From Lenisia limosa (Eukaryota > Protista > Breviatea), in assembly GCA_001655205.1 (NCBI GenBank), contig LPNZ01006344.1, positions 1-33,054 of the forward strand: a stretch of 33,054 bases of DNA, written 5' to 3'. The notes beneath the pieces were generated by a model. That model did no database searches. It was not told the origin of the DNA and saw only the letters and a program-made list of their open reading frames with translations. Each line of letters starts with the position of its first letter. The stretch's first letter is position 1. Shown in pieces: positions 1 to 13,266 of the stretch. Both the position numbers and the translations under genes were made by a program.

Positions 1-1
1 G

Positions 2-202
2 GCTCCCCCTCCCCAACAGGGATATGGACAGCCCCCTCCCCAACAGGGATACGGACAAGCCCCTCCTCCCCAGCACTACCAACAGCCTTACCAACAACCT
101 CAATATGGACAACAGGTTTACTAGCCCCGATTTTTTTTTCTAATGATTCAGCCTCCTCCCCATGGCTATTACCAGCAGCAACCTCAGTATCGTCGTCGTT
201 AG
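2..202 (+). CDS. 3' end of a Pro/Gln/Gly/Tyr-rich protein (5' partial, two exons)
   Basis: Frame from base 2 reads APPPQQGYGQPPPQQGYGQAPPPQHYQQPYQQPQYGQQ. A 36-nt GT-AG intron (116-151, ctaat branch point) is followed by PPPHGYYQQQPQYRRR and TAG at 200-202. Confidence 0.7.
5..73 (+). repeat. 27-bp coding tandem repeat (PPPQQGYGQ, about 2.5 copies)
   Basis: ccccctccccaacagggatatggacag (5-31), ccccctccccaacagggatacggacaa (32-58), then a degenerate third unit. Confidence 0.9.
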
Positions 203-284
203 AGCCTTCGTATTTTTGATATTATTTAGTTTTTGACCATTCGAAGACGTACAATTACAAATATATATATTACAAAGCTAACAC

Positions 285-1724
285 CTAGAGAGCAAACGCG
301 ATATCCAAATTACACAGACCGGTTCCGAAGTACGCGTTGCCGAACATGGGGGTACACACCTGAGAAGTGAGACCGACAACCAACCAAAAATCCAAAAAGT
401 TAGAAGACCCACTTGGTGGAAAGCCATTGCGCCAGGCCAGACCAAAGACATCACAACCACGCGGCCGGTCGACTTATCAAGACGAACAGACCAGGTACCT
501 GATAATAAGGTGGCCAGAGAAAGGTGTTAACCTACCCTTCGGAACATCTTCACTGATAGGGTCCAGGAAATCATGGGTTTCAGAAAGACCCTCAAGCTCA
601 AGGAGGCTCTTCTTGGCCAGTACCTGGTGGTCACAAAAGAACAGAAATAACAGTGGAAATAGAATTGTCATTAGCTTACCTCGGCATTCCTGAAATGAAG
701 GTAGCTGCCCCACTTCTCGGCCTCCTCGGGTTCAAGTCCTGGCGGATGAAAACGGCAATTTCTTGTTGTTTTCCAATTTATCTAACGTCGTTTGGCCAAC
801 CTCTGAAAAGTCTGTTCTTAAGAACAAAATGCTCGGAGTTGAGAATGCAGCCGCCACGGGGGACGAGGCCGTACTGTTGTGTGATGTGGAGAACCACGGT
901 GGACAGCCGGACTTCTTCAGAGATAACAACCTGGAAACGGTCACTATGCTGTTCAAGAAAGATTAATTTTGGTTTATTATGACCATTGCTTCCACGTACC
1001 TTTCCCTTCATGTCATCATCATCAACATCTTCTTCCTCCTCCTCTTCGGCCTCTGCCTCTTTCTCTTCTTCTTCTTCTTCTTCTTCTTCCTCTTCGCCAG
1101 TCTTCTCCTCCTCAGCAACAGGTGACTCCACCTTTTCTGGGACGGGACTTGATTCTGGCACAACTACGCCGTCAGAACACACTCTTCCCATTTCATGAAT
1201 TTCAGTAGCCCCTTTCATACCTGTTTCCTCATGATCAATAACAGACTCCTGTGCAAGAGAGCCCGTGAAAGGGGTCTGCAGTTTCAAGATCTAGGGAATT
1301 AGAGCCAATTATCTAAAAAGCAACCCAAAAGCAAAATAAGCTGCCCCTTGGGTTGCAAAAACAAGGGACTACCTTCTCAGCAAGTACAGCATCTGCAACG
1401 GGGGAAGGAAGTTGAGCCCACGAAAGGCCCTCATCAACTCTGTGTTGTGTCAGAAAAATACAAAGAGAACGAGGAATACCAAAAAGGCCAAGCTTACGAG
1501 CAGAAAACTTTTCTGGGCGCAAAAAGGTCCACTTCATGAGAAACAGCCAGCAAATAGTCTCCAGTAGCTCCATCTATTCTCCCAAAAAATTGAATATCAT
1601 GTAAACGGGCAGTCTTCACCAAGCTGGAGAGAGAGGTAGAGATTGTGGCAATCTGAAAAGCTGGAAGCGTGGCTCCCACACTTGAAACAAAAGGAATGTA
1701 TGAATTCAAGCTAAGGCGATCCAT
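285..1724 (-). CDS. RSPH9: Radial spoke head protein 9 homolog (axonemal), about 9 exons
   Basis: Spliced product contains FFGRIDGATGDYLLA, DLFAPRKVFCSVDEGLSWAQLP, ISEEVRLSTVV..GLVPRGG, FRGLEPEEAEKWGSYLHFR, DFLDPISEDVPKGTWSV, MSLVWPG and AYFGTGLCNLDIAFAL*. These are collinear with recalled RSPH9 motifs (APRKTLYS, EETRL, IPRGA, LEHDIPKGSWS, SLLWPG, YVGTGEKNMDLPFML). Confidence 0.93.
1009..1113 (-). repeat. (GAA/GAG)n-type coding tract giving a poly-Glu/Asp segment in RSPH9
   Basis: The + strand is a tct/tcc/tca triplet run. The minus strand reads EEEKTGEEEEEEEEEEEKEAEAEEEEEEDVDDDD. Confidence 0.9.
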
Positions 1725-2143
1725 TTTGGAAATAATGAGAGGAAAGTCTCAGGGAAACAGTTGAGTAAATGGGTATCTGTGTTAATTTATTATCTTAATG
1801 CTGCCAACTACACAATATAATAAACTTTCAAACACTGCTTGCGGAATTTCACGAAAAAAAAGTTGTAAACAGACAAGGCAAGTAAGCAAACAAGCAAATG
1901 TACTTGTATAATGAAATAAATATTTAAATTTGAATTAATAAGTTTAGATTACAATAAATAATCAGTCAAATTGAAATGCCGGATTTAAAGCAACTAAATG
2001 CGCGAAATTTTTTTTCTCTTTGTATCACGAGAAATACCTTGTGCTTCAACTATATTTATCTATTTTCTTAAATAGAAGAGGGGTGTCACGTACTGTATGG
2101 CTAAGTAGAGCGTAGTAGGAGTTCATACTGTTTTTCTTGCAAC

Positions 2144-3689
<1,546 letters not shown>

Positions 3690-3790
3690 CCTTTGCTGCA
3701 TTGCAGCTGTTTCTATAGATTCCAATTCTTATTCCCTTGAAATATGTAATATTTGTTGGAACACACCGTTATTGGTTACTTCAAATCTAT

Positions 3791-4471
3791 TTAGCGACGT
3801 TTCTTGATAGCGGCAGGGGTGGCGGTGTTGGTATAGCTTCCAACAGTATCTAAAATAAAACATTGCCCAACACAGAAAATGATACTAAAAAGTAAAAATG
3901 AAAAATGAACCAGAGACGTCCTACCAAGATGTTGCAGATACACGGTGGATCAAACTAGCGTTAATTGTTGCCATGATAACAGAGATCACAACTAAAAGGA
4001 ATTATCATAATTTTTCAAGGATGGTCGGTATAACTGGTAAACGGGAAAAGGTTGACTTTTAGCTCTCTTATTCATGAGAACCCCCTTACCAACAGGCCAT
4101 CCGGGACGATAGTGAGAATGCGATTTGGCGTAATAGGAGTTGAATACCTAAACAATTTGGATGAACTCAAGAAGGAGAAATTTTGCAAGGTCGAAAAATA
4201 GGTTATTTGACGTTACTACAAAAAAATTCAACAAAACCTCCCCAACGGTAAAACATAAATAAAAGAGAGTCAGCCCCACCCCCCTTACACAAAGGATAAG
4301 AACAAAAATAACAGAGGAGACAAGACCTCCAAGAACCGTAAGGGCAGGGGAAGACGAGAGGAATCCAGAAAATACCTGAATATTAATAAAGCAAAAACAA
4401 TGATCCCATACCTGGCTGAGAACAACAGCAATAGCGAGGAGAATTGATGAAACTGTCAAGGATTTTGACAT
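3791..4471 (-). CDS. KRTCAP2: Oligosaccharyltransferase accessory subunit KRTCAP2/KCP2
   Basis: Spliced product has LSSSPALTVLGGLVSSVIFV, PGWPV, ASLIHRVSATSCIIFCV and a basic IKKRR* tail. This matches recalled KRTCAP2 motifs (LTIQGGLLGS, ASGLIHRVCVTTCFIFS, KKRN). Confidence 0.85.
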
Positions 4472-4728
4472 TGTGGAACTTTTACCCTCTTCTTTCTATT
4501 ATAAAGAATGTAAGACACTACAAGCCACTGCAACACTCACCAACTGTCATTTCAAAATTTTGGGGGAAGCCCTTATATACTAGAACGGCGGGGGTACAGC
4601 TCTGTTTATCCCAACACAAAAATCACAGGTTGTGTGCTCGTAGTGTGTTCAGAGGAAAAAGGTAAAAAGAATTTCAGTTCACCCCCTCCCCCCCTCTCCA
4701 CTAAGCTCCCCGTGTTTGGAATGGTATC

Positions 4729-5246
4729 ATGATGAGTGAAGGTCAACATGGCAATGGTAGGACAATTATATTGTAACTTTATACACTTTATAGTGCCACT
4801 GATTGAGGATGATGCACGGTGTCGCAAGGCTCTCCAGCACCATTTCAAACACCCGATTGAGGACCTTTTGGCTGTTAACTCGGCGCAGTCTTCGCTGTCA
4901 CCAATCATAACAAGATATGCAACCCCAGGACACAAGCCCCGCCTTCCTTCTTCACCATCCCCTCGAACCAATCGGCGTCAGCATGAGCAGGAGTCTGAGA
5001 CTGATCGACTCCTTCCTCCTCAACAGTGGGGGAGGGGTATTTTTCAATTACAACTTTTGCTCTTATGACTTTTTATTGTTATTATTTTTTATCATTTAGC
5101 AGTGTTTACTATCTTAATATACCGCAGAAAACGGTCTACTTACAGTCAGTGGTCATCCCGAAGTTACGGTGCAACACATGTGTCTCCTGACTATCAGTTG
5201 GCTGCTTGTATTTTGTGAATACCCTGTTGAAAAAAGAATATTCTAA
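4729..5246 (+). CDS. Small hypothetical protein (about 130 aa, model uncertain)
   Basis: MMSEGQHGN, a 37-nt intron (4757-4793), then VPLIEDDARCRKALQHHFKHPIEDLLAVNS...QQWGR and a putative last exon ENGLLTVSGHPEV...EKRIF*. No family recognised. Confidence 0.4.
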
Positions 5247-5343
5247 CACACCTATCATTACTATGTAATTTACCTTTGCCATTTTGAAACAAAAAAAAAT
5301 AATAATAAAAAACTGTGATAATATCCCAAAACTGAGCTTATTG

Positions 5344-5935
5344 ATGAATGATTTAGGTAAACTGTTACAACATCATAAATGATTTCAGCGAATGGCCTGG
5401 GGTTTGTTTTTGTTTTGTTGTTCTCAGCCCTGTGTTTTCAGCTAACCGAGGTGAATTTTGTTTTAAAAATTTCCCAATTTTTCCCCTTCCTTACAACCCA
5501 GTGAATTTGACAGTGACTCTGACTATGAAGTCCTTGGAGACGCTTCACGCCCAGAGTCAAGTAAGCCCTTTCAGGAAGTAGCTTTCATGTAATCAACTTT
5601 TCTGACCCATTCAGCTGGACCGGCAATAGTTGCGTGGACACTCTGTTTTCTGGGACTTTTTATCCCCTTCTTATCCTTTATTAACTTCTTCATCTTTATT
5701 TGGTTCAAGGTTGGCTGGGTACTTCGAAAATAAATACCAAATGCTTTTGTGCATGTTTTTGTTTTTTTTTTATTAGTATTTTTTTTTTTTCTTCACCTTT
5801 CAGGGTAACAGGCGACATGCAGCCCTCATAAGCCTTATAACTGGTATCTTGAACATGTTGTTTATCTTCGCCTATCTTGAAGCCAAACACATTCATCTTC
5901 ATTTCCCAGACGCTCACTCAACTAAACCAGAGTGA
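5344..5935 (+). CDS. Small membrane protein A (about 100 aa)
   Basis: Exons splice to ...EFDSDSDYEVLGDASRPESTGPAIVAWTLCFLGLFIPFLSFINFFIFIWFKGNRRHAALISLITGILNMLFIFAYLEAKH...KPE*. The 5' exons are tentative. Confidence 0.6.
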
Positions 5936-6295
5936 TGTTGTTTTTCTTTTTATTTAAATGGATCATGTACACTATTTCATTCCAAGGCACAAGAAAAGCG
6001 TCAGTTTTGAGATGAATAAGAGAGTAGAAAACCAGTAGGAAACACAGATAACGTGCAGATATCACCTGCGTTACATACTCGTTAAACAAAACATCGGGGT
6101 AAACTAGGGTAAATGCTTGTTTGCAATCTACCGCGCCCGTCCCGTTTTACCCCCCCCCCCCTTTTTTTTTTTTNNNNNNNNNNNNNNNNNNNNNNNNNNN
6201 NNNNNNNNNNNNNNNNNNNNNNNNNNNNNNNNNNNNNNNTGAGATGTCAAAGAAAATCTCCATGGAGAGGTGAAATCAATCCACAGAGTGGCTAG

Positions 6296-7263
6296 CTGCT
6301 TTATCTTTACTGTGACCCAATCTCCAAGATGATGGGCATCACCGTTACTCCAGAAAATACCAGTATGAAAGAAACCAAGGGATATGTGCTTGTTTTTGTT
6401 GTTGTTCCACAGATTTAATAATTTTTACGTCCCCCTTTTTTTGACAAAGTAAATAAATGCAGCAAAATCACTTTTCTGTTTACATTTGACTCTTTAGGTT
6501 CTTTGTTTATTTGTTTAGGTACAATTTGCTACATCTATTTTCTAATTGGCTGTCTTGGAATACCTATTGCCCATGTTTACAACTTCTTCATCTTTAGACG
6601 AAGTAGCATCAGACATGTTTATTTGAGTATGTTTGGGTAACTAGATGATATCCTATATTGTATTGATGGTATCCTATATTGTATAGATGGTATCCTATAT
6701 TGTATATCGATCTATATTATGATAGTATATGGTACAGAAACGTGCAATATCATGATATATTGTTGGTATAATGTTTATATCTTGGGGGGGGGGGTGTTAG
6801 GAAGATTTTGNNNNNNNNNNNNNNNNNNNNNNNNNNNNNNNNNNNNNNNNNNNNNNNNNNNNNNNNNNTGTGACAATGAAGGGGTTTGATAAGATTTAGT
6901 CTTTCCCTTGGACTGTTATTTTCCAGCTGTTCATGTGGGACTTGTTGTGGCGATACTTCAAGTCATTGCGGTTGGAATATGGTACTACTACTACATTCAG
7001 AACAGAGATGCATGGGTATGTTTGGTTCAGGATTGGATTCCTGTTGAAGATGGACCTCGCAATTTGGCGTAGTTTGGTGTTAAACACTACAGCCCAACAG
7101 GATCAAAAGATACACTAAATGGGGCTTGATTCATTTTTTTAGGGAGATGATGGCGATGATATGTCTATTGTTATCCCCTTTGGTAAGTAGGTTGGTTTGT
7201 TACATATATTCCATTTGCCAAATAACAGAGCGCATTAAGTGTAATTCTGGTTCTCACTTATGA
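6296..7263 (+). CDS. Small membrane protein B (5' end unresolved next to the N-gap)
   Basis: Exons splice to CDPISKMMGITVTPENTSSLFICLGTICYIYFLIGCLGIPIAHVYNFFIFRRSSIRHVYLTVHVGLVVAILQVIAVGIWYYYYIQNRDAW, GDDGDDMSIVIPF and ERIKCNSGSHL*, with consistent intron phases. Confidence 0.6.
6644..6706. repeat. Intronic 21-bp minisatellite, 3 copies
   Basis: gatgatatcctatattgtatt / gatggtatcctatattgtata / gatggtatcctatattgtata. Confidence 0.92.
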
Positions 7264-7336
7264 AGAACATAGTGGAATAAATAACATTAATTAGTGAAAC
7301 ATGAGAAACTTGAGAAACAAAAAAGACAAAAAATAC

Positions 7337-8612
7337 TTAGACAGCAGGCTGATAAGTCCCAGCAAGCCGATCAATCCAGGTTAGGAAAGGCTGAAAGTTG
7401 ACTGATGGATCCTTGATTGTTACAATCTCATGGAAGACGCTACACCATGTTCAAATACCACCCCTCTAACTCTTAAATGGTGATAAGAATGTGAAATCGG
7501 GGTCACAGCCCAGCCTTGTGGGAGGAAGTGGTGGTAACCCAAAATAAGGTTATACCTGAGAGAAATGAGTTGACAATGAAGCAGACCCGCAGTGGTTCAG
7601 AAGAAGACCGGTGACAAGGAAGACATTGAAAACATTCCGCGAGAGGGGGTGAGCTCCTGCCCATTTGAGGCATGAGTTTGCAATGAGAACAATAATGACC
7701 CTCTGAATTGTCACTTAATTACTTGATAGAGACTTTTGGCAAAGTTAAGGGTTTATGTTCCCCAGAACAGCAAACCTCTACGGTGTGTTGACGATCAGTC
7801 ACTAGCAAACTCATTGCGCCCCCATGATCATGGTGCGTCCGATGGATCCTGAATAGAACACCTAAATACTGATTCAAGAGGTCGTCAGTATGACTTTCCG
7901 AATTTTTGGCAGCTGTGGTATTGCATTATTCATTCCCTCTCTATGTCGTGATATTACATTATTCCATACTACAGTTATCAATTCTGAACCCCACAAACTG
8001 GTGTGAAGAGCAAAATGCAGGCAAAAGAACAGAGCATCAAAGAACACAAGGGCGAAGGCAACTTCCAACACCAGGTTGGTGGGGCTTGGAGCCACTGAAG
8101 CGATGGGAAGCGCACGGTCCCAATGGACCCAGTCCTCAGACCGTTCAATGTAAACACTCTCCTCAACATAGGGGTAGCGTTTTGACGTGATAAAATCCAG
8201 CGTTAGAAACGGCCACATATAGCCAACAGCATGCTGAAGTCCTTTGTAAAAGTTCATTGGGTGGTTGTCGGGACTGGACTGTGGTAATCGCGTGGCTTCG
8301 AAAGAAGGTACATATTTCAGAAGGGCAAACACCAGGTACACCGCACCTCCAATGAACACAGTAAAGAATGTCTCAAAAGCAGCAAAATTGTACCTGGGTA
8401 GTTAGGCCTGTCAAATAGGAATTGGGGAAGGGTCTTTTACCAGAATATGAAATTTTTGGTAACCAGACTATCAAATCAGAAATGCAACGCGAAACCAACC
8501 AAGATTGCTGACTCAGCCAGTGCCAAAATGGTACAAGGGAATCTGAAGGAATGATTGCCAGACACAATCCTAGGGTGAACCAAAAGAAATACGACACTGT
8601 TGAACTTGCCAT
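7337..8612 (-). CDS. Fatty acid hydroxylase/sterol desaturase superfamily enzyme (CH25H/ERG25-like)
   Basis: All three histidine boxes are present after splicing: FFDALFFCLHFALH, IHRTHH and HSYHH. Also present are GAHPL, NHCGY and the terminal NFQPFLTWIDRLAGT typical of this di-iron family. Confidence 0.9.
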
Positions 8613-8835
8613 TTACAACACAGTAAATACTCTCACTGTTGATTCGTAAAAAAATATCTACTATTTGATTGGAATGTAAAAACTAATAATTTAAATAAAT
8701 ATTCGGTAATATAATGAAAAAAGTTGCAAGAGGGAGGGGGCTGGGCGGAGATTCTTCTGGGGTGCACGTCGAATTGTCCCTTGATTTTTAGTTTTTTTGC
8801 GAATTATAAACTTCTTTTCGGCACTAAAAGCAAAA

Positions 8836-11800
8836 ATGTCTACACCAACAACATTCAAGTCTAGAAGAAGAAAAAGGGAATCTGTGGCAGTTTTTCGCTC
8901 TGTTCAAGGTGAGTCTCAGGGCTGCACGCTTCTTATCGTTTGCTTAATAATTGTCTATTTGATAATAAATGAAATTATAATACACCACTGAGCTGAAATG
9001 ACACTATCTTGTTCACTTCCCCAGATGCCAGCCTCTCAACTGGAGGAGATGTAAGCCCTTTCTTCAACAATGACAGATGGATGAAGAGTTTTTTTGTTTA
9101 GTGGCATTTTTTTATATAAGTTCATTATAATGGAGTTTTTTAATGATTGAAAAGTAAAGAAAACCCTGTGATTTTGAATGTCAACGTCTCCAACGATTTT
9201 TTGTTTACTGTATTTACAGCTTTTCTTTATTTTGATGCGATGAATCACACTGTCTTATAATTTCTTTATTGTTATCATTGTGTTATGTAAAAATTTTGGA
9301 GAAAAGGCCACTTACTGTTTAGAGAGCCCTTCCAAAAGAAGATTGTGTTTCGCACACTCCCACAACTGAGAGGTCAAAGAGGCTTGCAGCCGCCCAGCTC
9401 AGACAAAGAGACCGTTTGTGGGGTGTACATAATAAATTATTCTAAATATGTCTTCTTTATCTATACGGAATGGGAAATTTGGTTCTTTACCGATTAGGTC
9501 TTGGTAAGTCGCCCATGCTCAAGAGAGCTCTGAAGTTCACCAGTCCAATGACATCTCCTGTTGTATCCCAGAACATGTTGGCTCAGCACTACGTTTATTT
9601 AGTACTACGCGATTCCATTTAGATTTATCTATGACAGAACGGCCAAAATTAACCAGAAATCTGTGGTACGCCGTGAAATAATTCACTCAAAAACGGTTTT
9701 CAAATCTCCAGAAAAAGAGCTCGAAGTACGTTTTTTTAGTCCCAACTATGCAGTTCTTCCATTTCCCCAATTTATTTCTTTAGAATACAGCAGCATTTGG
9801 TTATCATGAAGCACAAGAGGCTCGGTTGAGAGCCGAGGAACTGCGGTCACAAATTCTTGAGCAATCGCCAATGCCCGTCATGCCAATGCTCCCGGAAGAG
9901 AAACGTGTCACAAAGCCAAAGAAAGTTGGTCTAGTTTTTATTTTGTTGAAATGGGAACTAGAAGAGTCTATCTGTCCACATCCATAGCATTTCGTGTTGT
10001 AAAGAATTTGTCGTCACTGTATAATAATAATTGTGTTTTCACGGAATCCGCATATTTCTATCATACCATATCCTATATTATAGTTTTTATTTTTCATATC
10101 ATCATAAATGCAATATCACTTTTATTACAAACGGAAATAAGTACTCTGGATAGTTGTAAGGGATGGAGGGAGTAGTAACACATTACTTTTATAATTTTGC
10201 TGCATACTCTAGTGTTACCTAACCTTTTCAGCGCAAGAGCTCTGCTAAATTTGTGTCATTTTCTTCTGAAGAGCTCAAGACACCCGAAAAAGCCCCCACC
10301 TCCAATCATCATATTGCCACCCCACTACCCCCCACTGCTACCAGCAATCCTAATACCCCGCTTCAATCTGAGCCTTCATTATCTTCCCCAGGTATGCCAT
10401 GAAGGGTTACCAAACACTGGGATTCCTTATATTTTCTTGAAAAGCTCGCCGCCTCTCTTCACCTCTTCAGTAACCCCAGTTTTTACTGGAGCTGTTACCA
10501 ACCCCCTTTCTGTTACTTTGCCGAAGTTGACAGCTTCCATCTCAAAGCCACCCATTAGTGTAAGAGTTGGCACAAGAGATATCATTGTGAACGAATTTGC
10601 CACTGACCATTTAGGCTACCATGAATGCCCCACCACCATGCCCGTTGAAAACTGTGGGGATGGGTGTTTCACATTTAAACTGGATAATAAACAGTAGCAG
10701 AATGGTATTCATTTCCCTTAGACCCGCCCATCCAAGCTATCCCTATTGACCAAAGGCCTCCGCAAGAGGTCTCGCCAAAGTATTGTGCGCCATCGTAACG
10801 TAGCACACGCACACGCCAAGCCAAGCCCCGTCATCCCGCGGTCGGCCAGAAGTCGGCCAGTCACACGAGACTCCACGATCTTCTCCGCCGAGCCCGTCAG
10901 TCTCGACCCCGTCATGGCCACCCCGCTGGTGTCGCAGTCCACACTCGGCCTTGGCGCTAGTGTTTTCAACCCCTTGACTTCCCCTATTCCCGCGACCCCT
11001 GAACACCTCAGATCCGCAAAGCCCAAAGAGGAAATTGCCCCGACTCTCTCACCCCTGAAAGTTGACGTGTCGGTTGATCAACAGTTTTCTTCTTCTTTGA
11101 CTAGCTCCACTCGTTCATCGTACAACAGCTTCCGACCAAGCCTGTCCGCATACCTTCCGACCTCGCACCTTCACACCTCATCAGCAGATCTTTCGCAGGA
11201 ACCGACCGGCAAGCTCAGCATTACTGAGCTTAGCACTCCATCAAAGCCACAAACCGTTTCGCTTTCACCGCTTCACGAAAGCATTGCTCCCAAATCTAAT
11301 GACCAACCCTTGTTGGCTGAAATCTGCCGTCCTACCCATTCATCAACAGAAGAAATTTCGCAAATACAAGGCCCGTTCGTACCCTCAGCAGCGCCCAAGA
11401 GACCTGCTTCGGCAATATCTCTTGACCACCCTGCCATCCATCATCCAGCCGCCACCGTAGGTTCAATGACTCCATTGAAAACCTCGGAAAGCAAAGAGTC
11501 GCTTACTCCTCTTTCACTGGCTTCTCTTTCCCCACAGGTTGGCGGCGAAGGTTTTTTGACTACAATCAGTATTTGTTTTGGTGTTTCTATTTTACTTAAT
11601 CTTTAGACATTCTCCCCATCATCTGCCTCAAGTTCAGTTTCCGTTTCACCCGTTGCTTCCCCTCCAAAGGCCGAATTACCTACAATTTTACTCCCACCTC
11701 TCCCGCAGCCGAAGCCTGCATTCAGCTCACACGTTCCCCTCTCATCCCCCTCGCATGTTGTTGTGCACCCCAAACCCTTCAGCACACAACCGACAGAAGA

Positions 11801-12335
11801 CAAAGCCATTCCCAAACCAATGTCGGCACGTGAGCGGATGGCTGCTCTCAGAAACCGGCTGGCTGAAACGGGATCCTCAAGATCACCGATTGCCCGCATC
11901 CGAACCAACAGTCCCTCAGTCAGTCGGGCGAACCCTGCTCCAAAAGGCAACCCGGCTCGCAAGCCACAAAGATGGGACCGCACGGCCCAGGCCAGCCCTG
12001 TTGTGATCAAGCCCAAGGTACAGACAAAGGAGGTTGATAAGCCAAAACGGTTTTTCACGTTTACTGATGATGGCGAAAGAGTCGAACACGTCAAAACGGC
12101 CAAGGTTAAGGTATGTGCTACGTTTTTTTTTTTGTTTTCTCTGGCTGCTCCTAATGAACCCCTACAGACCCGGGAATTGACATTTGAAGAAAAACTTGAG
12201 CTCGCCATATCCCAAGAAAAAGAGGTGAGTCTCTGACACCATTCTTCTTTTATTCTAATTATGGTAGGGGGGAACTGCTCTGATGTCAGGTGGAGGCGGA
12301 ATATCTCATAGTCCACCAAGGTCATATTCAATAAA
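8836..12335 (+). CDS. Large Ser/Pro/Thr-rich, basic, low-complexity protein of unknown function
   Basis: A phase-consistent exon chain runs from MSTPTTFKSRRRKRES through track ORFs 10746-11606 and 11763-12236 to TRELTFEEKLELAISQEKEVEAEYLIVHQGHIQ*. Several 5' exons are very short and tentative. Confidence 0.7.
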
Positions 12336-12539
12336 GCTTCCAGTCAACGTGAGCCCAAAATGACATACAGTATTCTCAATCATGGATATTATAAACTCAC
12401 CATTAAGGATTTACTCTCTTTGGTCTCTCAAAACATTCATCCCTCTAGAAAACTCTAATTCACTTGTTTTAATTTCCTTTTTTTTCTTGTGTAATATTGT
12501 AGTATGTAAAATAGAACTCTTTTCAAACATCTTTCAAGT

Positions 12540-13182
12540 TTATTCATAAAACTCGTTGGTCACAACTATTAATACGGCTCTATTCTTCTTCACTATGATA
12601 TTAGACTGAAATAATGAGTTGAGAACATACCAAAGCTCTGCAAGGATCGCATTTTCACTGGAGATATTAAATAGACTTTGTTGTGAAATCTGCTTTGAGT
12701 TCATCTTCGAATCACATACTCCAAGAAAGTTGGTGACGAAATCGAGTGCCAGTCTTTCACCTGAATGAATTAAAGGGAGACTGAAGGAGTTACACTGAAA
12801 TTAGAGAAAGTATTTCATCTCAAATCATGCCATTTGAATATTTTAACAATTTTTCTCATCTAGAGAGTAAGCTCTTAAATATTTAGAACTAGGGCTCCAA
12901 CATTCAATTGGTAATTGCTTCTTGAAACAGTTGTCCAGAGTTAAATTATGGACAAAAAAAGAGACATTTTGTAAAATATTTGCGCTTGTCTTGTCAAGAA
13001 AAGACTGCCAAATTATTACACAAAGATAATTAATGGAGTTCTAGAAGCCTCAGACTCAGACAATTACTGAACACGGGACCTTCTCAAATAAATCCAAAAT
13101 AAAAAGGTCTAATCGGATGTAAAAATGTCATGAATACTAAACATCTTATATAATTACGCCATAATTCGGTTACACAATACAT
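12540..13182 (-). CDS. Putative small hypothetical protein (about 110 aa)
   Basis: A possible exon chain gives MYCVTELWRNYIR-YLFILDLFEK-SFLDKTSAN...SLDEKN-CERLALDFVTNFLG-SF-VKKNRAVLIVVTNEFYE*. It needs a 7-nt exon, lies in AT-rich sequence, and no family is recognised. Confidence 0.35.
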
Positions 13183-13266
13183 TTCTCTATGGTAAACACG
13201 TCAAAGGTCAATCAATTTACGTACTATGTGTCCTTTTGAAAATACCATATCAAAACATGCCCACCA

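Noticed and set aside
986-1198. Poly-Ser ORF on the + strand (and ORFs 367-693 and 653-982)
   Set aside because: These are the complement of RSPH9 exons and its GAA tract.
2000-2007. E2F-like TTTCGCGC site in the RSPH9/PP2A spacer
   Set aside because: It is a single 8-mer and is not repeated in the other divergent spacers.
11603-12331. 242-aa minus-strand ORF
   Set aside because: It is the antisense shadow of the S/P-rich gene, whose + strand exons have proper splice sites. It has no recognisable motif.
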